Positions 58,786 to 64,000 of a stretch of DNA of 64,000 nucleotides are shown piece after piece. Position 1 is the stretch's first letter. Every line of letters starts with the position of its first letter. The position numbers and the translations under genes were made by a program. The notes under the pieces are model-generated. The model saw only the letters and a program-made list of their open reading frames with translations, did not search any database and was not told the origin of the DNA. Origin of the DNA: Spirochaetaceae bacterium (GTDB lineage Bacteria > Spirochaetota > Spirochaetia > B11-G9); contig WGCU01000026.1 of the NCBI GenBank assembly GCA_015493635.1, positions 7,718 through 71,717 of the forward strand, written 5' to 3'.

Positions 58786-59610
58786 GTGGGAATAAAAACA
58801 TATAAGCCGAGAACTCCGAGTCTTCGTTTTAAAACGAGTCTGGTCTTTGATGAGATTACAACTTCCGAAAGTGAAAAATCTCTTACAAAGGGATTAAGCT
58901 TTAAAGCTGGTAGAGGTGCCGGCGGCAGAGTAAGTGTAAGGCGGCGCGGCGGAAGACACAAGAGAAAGTACAGAGTTATCGATTTTAAAAGAGATAAATA
59001 TGGAATTCCGGGAAAGATCGTTTCAATTGAATATGATCCGAACAGATCCGCGAATATTGCGCTGGTAAACTATAAAGATGGAGAAAAGCGATATATTTTA
59101 GCTCCGAAAGGGGTTGAAGTGGGGCGGATAATTCAAAGTGGAGAGAATGCTCCATTGGAAACAGGGAATGCTCTTCCTCTTGAAAAAATACCTCTTGGAG
59201 TGCGGGTGCATAATATAGAGCTTCAGCTTGGAAGAGGCGGCCAACTTGTGCGGACTGCAGGCGGCGGTGCTTCTGTAATGGCTAAAGAAGGTGATTATGT
59301 TACGCTTAAACTTCCTTCGGGAGAAGCGCGTATGGTTTTTGGGAAATGCTATGCCACCCTTGGTGAGATAGGTAACGAAGATCATATGAATGTTACGATA
59401 GGAAAGGCTGGAAGGTCCCGATGGTTGGGTAAAAGGCCAAAAGTCAGAGGTGTTGTTATGAATCCTCACGATCATCCGCATGGTGGTGGAGAAGGTAAAA
59501 CATCGGGTGGACGTCATCCTGTATCTCCGTGGGGTGTTCCTACAAAGGGATATAAAACAAGGAAGAAAAAGAAATCTTCAAGCAAGTTTATTGTTAAGAA
59601 ACGGAAGTAG
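58786..59610 (+). CDS. rplB: 50S ribosomal protein L2
   Basis: ...[11 protein letters not shown]..., [14 protein letters not shown]. Confidence 0.95.
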   Translation: MGIKTYKPRTPSLRFKTSLVFDEITTSESEKSLTKGLSFKAGRGAGGRVSVRRRGGRHKRKYRVIDFKRDKYGIPGKIVSIEYDPNRSANIALVNYKDGEKRYILAPKGVEVGRIIQSGENAPLETGNALPLEKIPLGVRVHNIELQLGRGGQLVRTAGGGASVMAKEGDYVTLKLPSGEARMVFGKCYATLGEIGNEDHMNVTIGKAGRSRWLGKRPKVRGVVMNPHDHPHGGGEGKTSGGRHPVSPWGVPTKGYKTRKKKKSSSKFIVKKRK

Positions 59611-59619
59611 GAGTAGCAA

Positions 59620-59901
59620 GTGTCAAGGTCGATTAAAAAGGGTCCTTTTATCGAGAAAAAGCTCTACAAAAGAATTGTAGAAGCGAGTAAGTCTGGTGAC
59701 AAGAAAATGATTAAGACATACTCGAGAACTTCAACTATTATTCCTGAAATGGTTGGTTTTACTATTTCTGTATATAATGGTAAGACATGGGTGCCTGTGT
59801 ATGTGACTGAGAATTTGGTTGGACATAAGCTGGGTGAATTTTCTCCGACAAGAGTATACAGGGGTCACACTCATTCAGATAAAAAAGCGAGAAAGAGATA
59901 G
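59620..59901 (+). CDS. rpsS: 30S ribosomal protein S19
   Basis: [15 protein letters not shown]... Confidence 0.95.
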   Translation: MSRSIKKGPFIEKKLYKRIVEASKSGDKKMIKTYSRTSTIIPEMVGFTISVYNGKTWVPVYVTENLVGHKLGEFSPTRVYRGHTHSDKKARKR

Positions 59902-59909
59902 GTGTAGAG

Positions 59910-60272
59910 ATGGAAACTAAAAAAGGATATCACGCAACTGCAAAATATCTAATGATTTCCCCCACTAAGGTGAGGCCTATTGCTGATACGATTCGGTTAA
60001 AACCGTATACTGAGGCAATGGCTATTCTGGAAAGTCTTCCGCAGAGAGGTGCGCTTTACCTGCGTAAAGTAGTAAAGTCAGCTGCGTCAAATGCACTTTC
60101 TCAGAATAATAAACTTGATGAGGAAATGCTGTTTGTTAAGGAGCTTCAGGTTAACGAAGGTCCCCGTTTAAAAAGAGTATGGCCGAGGGCACGGGGTAGA
60201 CGTGACATCCTTTTGAAAAGGATGAGCCATATCTATGTTGTTGTTGATGAAATTTCAGGAATGGGGGAATAA
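59910..60272 (+). CDS. rplV: 50S ribosomal protein L22
   Basis: Order and pattern. Confidence 0.95.
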   Translation: METKKGYHATAKYLMISPTKVRPIADTIRLKPYTEAMAILESLPQRGALYLRKVVKSAASNALSQNNKLDEEMLFVKELQVNEGPRLKRVWPRARGRRDILLKRMSHIYVVVDEISGMGE

Positions 60273-60980
60273 ATGGGTCAGAAAGTTAATCCTATAGGGC
60301 TGCGTCTTGGTGTAAATAAAACCTGGAAGTCGAAATGGTATGTTGACCCCCGAGAATATGCGGACACGCTTCACGAGGATCTGCGCCTGAGAAAAGAAAT
60401 GTTGAATGCACCTGAGACAAAAGGTGCAGAGATATCAGATATTGAAATTATCAGGCATCCTCAGCGTATTACGCTGGTTGTTAAGACTTCACGTCCTGGA
60501 ATTATTATAGGGGCAAAAGGTGCCACTATAGAAAAAATCGGTGCCCGGCTACAAAAATCTGCAAGTAAAAAAGTGCAGATTAAAATTAAGGAAGTCAAAA
60601 AACCTGATATGGATGCACAGCTTATTGCTCTTAACGTAGCAAGACAGTTGAAGTCCAGAGGTTCTTTCAGGCGGACGCTGAAAATGGCAGTGAACAACGC
60701 CATGAAAGCAGGAGCTCAGGGAGTTAAGATTAGACTTTCCGGTAGATTGGGCGGAGCTGAAATGGCACGTACCGAATGGCATAAAGATGGAAGAGTGCCT
60801 CTGCATACTCTCCGGTCTGATATAGACTATGGATTTGCTGAGTCTCACACTACATTTGGTGCGATAGGTGTAAAAGTCTGGATTTTTAACGGTGATCTGT
60901 ATGGTAAAGAACGTAAGGAAGATGCTGGACTTCTTGTACGTAAAAACAGAAACAGAGATAAAGCACCTTCAAGGAGATAA
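60273..60980 (+). CDS. rpsC: 30S ribosomal protein S3
   Basis: [18 protein letters not shown]... KH domain. Confidence 0.95.
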   Translation: MGQKVNPIGLRLGVNKTWKSKWYVDPREYADTLHEDLRLRKEMLNAPETKGAEISDIEIIRHPQRITLVVKTSRPGIIIGAKGATIEKIGARLQKSASKKVQIKIKEVKKPDMDAQLIALNVARQLKSRGSFRRTLKMAVNNAMKAGAQGVKIRLSGRLGGAEMARTEWHKDGRVPLHTLRSDIDYGFAESHTTFGAIGVKVWIFNGDLYGKERKEDAGLLVRKNRNRDKAPSRR

Positions 60981-60986
60981 AAGGAA

Positions 60987-61403
60987 ATGCTGAGTCCAAA
61001 AAGAACTAAATACAGAAAAAAACAGCGGGGCAAAAGGGACGGTGTTGCACGTCGAGGGAACAAAATCTCCTTTGGGGATTTCGGGCTAATCGCTCTGGAA
61101 CCAAAATGGATAACAAATCGTCAGATAGAGGCTGCACGTGTAGCCATGACCCGTAAAATAAAGAGAGGCGGTAAGGTCTGGATAAGGATTTTTCCGGATA
61201 TGCCTTTCACAAAGAAACCCGCTGAAACCAGGCAGGGAAAGGGCAAAGGAAACCCTGAAGGCTGGGTTGCGGTTGTTAAAACGGGAGCGGTTATGTTTGA
61301 AATGGCCGGTGTCAGCAATGAACTTGCAAAAGAGGCAATGGCGTTGGCAAGCAGTAAACTTCCAATAAAAACAAAGTTTGTAGTTAGGCGTGATCTGGAG
61401 TAG
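60987..61403 (+). CDS. rplP: 50S ribosomal protein L16
   Basis: [16 protein letters not shown]... Confidence 0.95.
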   Translation: MLSPKRTKYRKKQRGKRDGVARRGNKISFGDFGLIALEPKWITNRQIEAARVAMTRKIKRGGKVWIRIFPDMPFTKKPAETRQGKGKGNPEGWVAVVKTGAVMFEMAGVSNELAKEAMALASSKLPIKTKFVVRRDLE

Positions 61404-61406
61404 AAA

Positions 61407-61610
61407 ATGAAAGATTCTTTTAAAGAGTTGACATACAATGAGTTGGTTGAAAAACGGGAAGAGCTGAGTAGAAAGTTTCTTGATTTACGGATCAGTAATG
61501 TTATGGGGCATGTTGAAAATCCTCTTGAAAAACGTATAATAAAGAGAAAAATTTCAAGGCTCAATACCATTATTCATGAGTACGCTCTTGGAATACGTAA
61601 GAGCAGTTAG
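61407..61610 (+). CDS. rpmC: 50S ribosomal protein L29
   Basis: Order and pattern. Confidence 0.9.
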   Translation: MKDSFKELTYNELVEKREELSRKFLDLRISNVMGHVENPLEKRIIKRKISRLNTIIHEYALGIRKSS

Positions 61611-61641
61611 AACTGAATATTATTTTAAAGAGGCCGTGGAA

Positions 61642-61893
61642 ATGAAAGTAAACAAGAAGAACTATACAGGACAGGTTGTAAGCGATAAAATGGAAAAAAC
61701 CATCGTTGTTGCTATTACAACAAAAACCCTGCATAGGCTTTATAAGAAGTATGTTACAAGGACAAAAAAGGTAAAAGCTCATGATGAGCGGAATGAGGCT
61801 CATATGGGAGATACGGTACGGGTTGTTGAATGCAGGCCTTTGAGTAAAGAAAAAAGGTGGCGTCTGGCAGAGATTGTCGAGAGGGCAAAATAG
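61642..61893 (+). CDS. rpsQ: 30S ribosomal protein S17
   Basis: [23 protein letters not shown]... Start at the internal ATG. Confidence 0.9.
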   Translation: MKVNKKNYTGQVVSDKMEKTIVVAITTKTLHRLYKKYVTRTKKVKAHDERNEAHMGDTVRVVECRPLSKEKRWRLAEIVERAK

Positions 61894-61912
61894 AAGAAGA
61901 AGGAGTTGCGTT

Positions 61913-62281
61913 ATGATTCAGATGCAAACATACCTGAATGTAGCGGATAACAGTGGCGCAAAGAAAGTACAGTGCATTAAAGTCCTTGGCGGCAGTAAAA
62001 GAAAAACCGCTGGTATTGGGGATATTATTGTTGTTGCGGTTAAGGATGCTTTACCCAATGCAGCAATAGCAAAAGGTGATGTACAGAAGGCAGTTATTGT
62101 AAGAACTAAAAAAGAGTTCCGGAGACCTGATGGCACATATATACGTTTTGATGATAATGCATGTGTTATTATTGATGCTAATAATAATCCAAAAGGCAAG
62201 CGTATTTTTGGGCCTGTGGCAAGAGAACTGAGAGATGTGGGTTATATGAAAATCGTATCGCTTGCACCTGAAGTGCTTTAG
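61913..62281 (+). CDS. rplN: 50S ribosomal protein L14
   Basis: [18 protein letters not shown]... RBS AGGAG. Confidence 0.95.
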   Translation: MIQMQTYLNVADNSGAKKVQCIKVLGGSKRKTAGIGDIIVVAVKDALPNAAIAKGDVQKAVIVRTKKEFRRPDGTYIRFDDNACVIIDANNNPKGKRIFGPVARELRDVGYMKIVSLAPEVL

Positions 62282-62290
62282 GGAGAAACC

Positions 62291-62611
62291 ATGAAAAAGA
62301 AGATTAAAACAAGGCTGAAGAAAGATGATACAGTTAAAGTTTTAACGGGAAGAGAAAAGGGTAAAACCGGACGCGTTTTGAGTGTTGACAACGAGAAAGG
62401 GAGAGTCCTGATACATGGTCTGAATCTTGTTAAAAAAGCTGTACGGAAAAAAAGTCAGCAAGATAAAGGCGGGATAATTGAAATTGAAGCTCCTGTACAT
62501 ATTTCCAATGTAGCTTTAATAACAAAGAGCGGGCAAATCTCAAAAATTGGATATAAATTTCAAGATGGCAAAAAAGTACGGATTGCCAGAAAGACTGGAG
62601 ATGTAATCTGA
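62291..62611 (+). CDS. rplX: 50S ribosomal protein L24
   Basis: KOW motif. Confidence 0.95.
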   Translation: MKKKIKTRLKKDDTVKVLTGREKGKTGRVLSVDNEKGRVLIHGLNLVKKAVRKKSQQDKGGIIEIEAPVHISNVALITKSGQISKIGYKFQDGKKVRIARKTGDVI

Positions 62612-63162
62612 TGGAACAGTATGTACCGAATTTAAAACAGCTTTATGATAAAAAGATTGCCTCTGAATTGAGGAAAGAGTTTGGCTATAAATCTCCAATG
62701 CAGATACCAAGGTTGGAAAAGGTTACGGTAAGTGTTGGAGTTGGAGAGGCCATTCAGAACAAAAAACTTCTTGAAGCTGCAGTTAAAGATCTTGAACAGA
62801 TTACAGGGCAGCATGTTGTTAAAACAAAGGCAAGAAAATCAATTTCTAACTTCAAAGTGAGAGAAGGAATGGAAATTGGTGCTAAAGTCACTCTCCGCGG
62901 TGAAAGAATGTGGGAGTTCCTGGACAGATTTATGAATGTAGCTCTTGCCAGGGTAAAAGACTTTAGAGGTGTAAATCCTAATGCGTTTGATGGTCATGGA
63001 AATTATTCAATCGGTATCACCGAGCAGATAATATTCCCTGAGATTGATTACGATAAAATAGAACGGGTAAGTGGTCTGAATATAGCGATTGGTACAACTG
63101 CAAAAACAGATCAGGAAGCTCGCTCTTTATTAAAAAAATTAGGTATGCCTTTCAGGAAGTAG
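62611..63162 (+). CDS. rplE: 50S ribosomal protein L5
   Basis: Order and pattern. Confidence 0.95.
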   Translation: MEQYVPNLKQLYDKKIASELRKEFGYKSPMQIPRLEKVTVSVGVGEAIQNKKLLEAAVKDLEQITGQHVVKTKARKSISNFKVREGMEIGAKVTLRGERMWEFLDRFMNVALARVKDFRGVNPNAFDGHGNYSIGITEQIIFPEIDYDKIERVSGLNIAIGTTAKTDQEARSLLKKLGMPFRK

Positions 63163-63176
63163 GGAGTAAGTAAGAA

Positions 63177-63362
63177 ATGGCAAAAAAATCAATGATTGTA
63201 AAAGCCCAGCGAAAACCAAAATACAGCACGCGAGCGGTAAATAGATGCCGTATATGTGGAAGACCCAGAGGATATATGAGGAAATTCCAGATGTGCAGGA
63301 TATGCTTCCGGAAATTGGCCAATGAAGGTCTTATTCCCGGTGTAACAAAGTCGAGCTGGTAG
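63177..63362 (+). CDS. rpsN: 30S ribosomal protein S14, type Z (zinc-binding, 61 aa)
   Basis: [22 protein letters not shown] carries a CxxC...CxxC zinc ribbon, short-form S14. Confidence 0.9.
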   Translation: MAKKSMIVKAQRKPKYSTRAVNRCRICGRPRGYMRKFQMCRICFRKLANEGLIPGVTKSSW

Positions 63363-63372
63363 GGAGAGGCAA

Positions 63373-63771
63373 ATGGCAGTAACTGATCCTGTAGCAGATA
63401 TGCTGACAAAACTTCGGAATGCAAATCTTGCGAAGTTTGAGAAGGTAGATGTAACAACGTCAAAGTTGAAATTGGAAGTGGTTAAAATTCTTAAGAACGA
63501 AGGATATATTAAGAATTTTAAGAAAACAACGAAAGGCAGTGTGAATTTTATCAGAATATTTCTGAAGTATGATTCACAGGAAATGCCGGTTATTCACGGT
63601 CTGAAGAAGATTTCTACACCGGGAAGAAGAATGTACACAGGTTATAAAAAATTGCCGCGGATTTTTAACGGGCATGGTGTGCTTGTGGTATCAACTTCTA
63701 ACGGTGTCATTACCGGGAAAAAAGCTTCAGAAAAGAAAATTGGTGGTGAACTGATTTGTTCAGTTTGGTAA
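63373..63771 (+). CDS. rpsH: 30S ribosomal protein S8
   Basis: [17 protein letters not shown]... Confidence 0.95.
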   Translation: MAVTDPVADMLTKLRNANLAKFEKVDVTTSKLKLEVVKILKNEGYIKNFKKTTKGSVNFIRIFLKYDSQEMPVIHGLKKISTPGRRMYTGYKKLPRIFNGHGVLVVSTSNGVITGKKASEKKIGGELICSVW

Positions 63772-63783
63772 AGCGGGGTATAT

Positions 63784-64000
63784 ATGTCTAGAATAGGTAA
63801 ATTGCCGATTGAGATACCTCAGGGTGTTAAAGTTAATATTTCGGCAGATTTGATTACTGTAGAAGGCCCGAAAGGTAAACTGACTCAGGGCTATAAGCCT
63901 GAAGTTACTATCAAAGTAGGCAAAAATGAGGTTGTTGTTGACCGTATAAATGATAGTAAAAGTGCACGGTCTTTTCATGGTCTTTACAGACAGCTTCTTC
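63784..64000 (+). CDS. rplF: 50S ribosomal protein L6 (3' truncated by window edge)
   Basis: MSRIGKLPIEIPQGVKVNISADLITVEGPKGKL... runs to the end of the window. Confidence 0.9.
   Translation, partial: MSRIGKLPIEIPQGVKVNISADLITVEGPKGKLTQGYKPEVTIKVGKNEVVVDRINDSKSARSFHGLYRQLL

Noticed and set aside
1-64000. Mobile elements, prophage genes, CRISPR arrays, toxin-antitoxin or restriction-modification genes
   Set aside because: No transposase/integrase/recombinase-like ORFs, no spacer-interrupted repeat arrays, no terminal inverted repeats. The accessory-looking DNA here is signalling/transport/metabolic rather than mobile.

Overview
This 64 kb window looks like spirochete chromosomal DNA (Treponema/Spirochaeta-like), about 40% GC. 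Positions ~42.9-64 kb hold a complete translation/transcription core: tRNA-Thr, rpmG, tRNA-Trp, secE, nusG, rplKAJL, rpoBC, rpsL, rpsG, a ~340-nt structured gap with no fusA, tuf, then the S10/spc ribosomal-protein run through rplF (truncated at the window end). Positions 1-42.8 kb are signalling- and envelope-rich accessory/housekeeping DNA. This part holds a MacB-type ABC exporter with a LolA-like protein, a putative outer-membrane beta-barrel and a two-component system (TCS). It also holds a long minus-strand string encoding an HTH-EIIA(Ntr) fusion, a CBS-domain cation/proton antiporter, a TCS and HtrA, plus two methyl-accepting chemotaxis proteins (MCPs) and three further histidine kinases. 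Ribulokinase, a KDPG-aldolase-like gene, ClpB, a TRAP transporter, glycogen phosphorylase, RadC, PrsW and an initiator tRNA-Met are also present. The most unusual locus is a tightly packed 8-gene plus-strand operon (15.6-19.4 kb). Its products are a DUF134 DNA-binding protein, two Gly/Arg/Tyr-rich DUF5320-type small proteins, two MinD/Mrp ATPases with inserted 2x[4Fe-4S] ferredoxin domains, two NifX/NifB-like (Nitro_FeMo-Co) proteins and a small Cys-rich protein. It sits behind a near-consensus promoter with an embedded palindrome. I propose it as an uncharacterised metallocofactor/Fe-S handling system. A 61-aa bacterial histone-fold singlet next to RadC is a second notable item. No CRISPR arrays, transposases or integrases were seen.
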